Of a stretch of 47,406 nucleotides of DNA, positions 47,406 through 47,406 are shown in pieces. Under the pieces are notes generated by a model. It saw nothing but the letters and a program-made list of their open reading frames with translations, had not been told where the DNA came from and did no database searches. Origin of the DNA: a virus (lineage: Duplodnaviria; Caudoviricetes); IMG/VR virus record IMGVR_UViG_3300020363_000101, positions 1 to 47,406 of that record. The stretch is one strand, 5' to 3'. The position numbers and the translations under genes are program-made. The number at the start of each line of letters is the position of its first letter. The stretch's first letter is position 1.

Positions 47406-47406
47406 T

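Noticed and set aside
1-47406. tRNA, rRNA, introns, inteins, homing endonucleases, integrase or IS elements
   Set aside because: Intergenic gaps are too short and no such motifs were recognised by eye; tRNAscan/Infernal were not run.

Overview
This window is a segment of an AT-rich, T4-like (myovirus) phage genome. A marine/aquatic cyanophage- or pelagiphage-like virus is likely, but the host cannot be determined from this sequence. The right half (25.3-47.4 kb, minus strand) is a virion structural block: baseplate wedge gp6, a gp7-like protein, gp8, a 1658-aa VrlC/DUF4815-like protein and an array of repeat-rich tail-fibre proteins. The left half (1.1-25.3 kb) is a dense island of about 29 genes, mostly tailoring enzymes, in two divergent operons. 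The leftward operon has an acyl desaturase, a PLP enzyme, 3 TauD-like and 3 AspH/cupin-like 2OG-Fe(II) oxygenases, an FMN reductase and a methyltransferase. The rightward operon has a GT-like/degenerate radical SAM fusion, 3 radical SAM enzymes, a stand-alone SPASM-type protein, 2 nitroreductases, a PP-loop QueC-like ATPase, 2 SGNH proteins, a DegT aminotransferase, a carbamoyltransferase, a methyltransferase and 3 glycosyltransferases. Both operons start at back-to-back T4 late-promoter boxes (TATAAATA), which suggests co-expression with virion assembly and a role in chemically decorating the virion. Other notable signals: all three TauD paralogs carry HxN instead of HxD, and the fibre genes carry recurring N- and C-terminal motifs that suggest a daisy-chained, branched fibre. 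A class III nucleotide cyclase fragment lies at the left edge. All family calls come from motif recognition by eye; no database searches were run.
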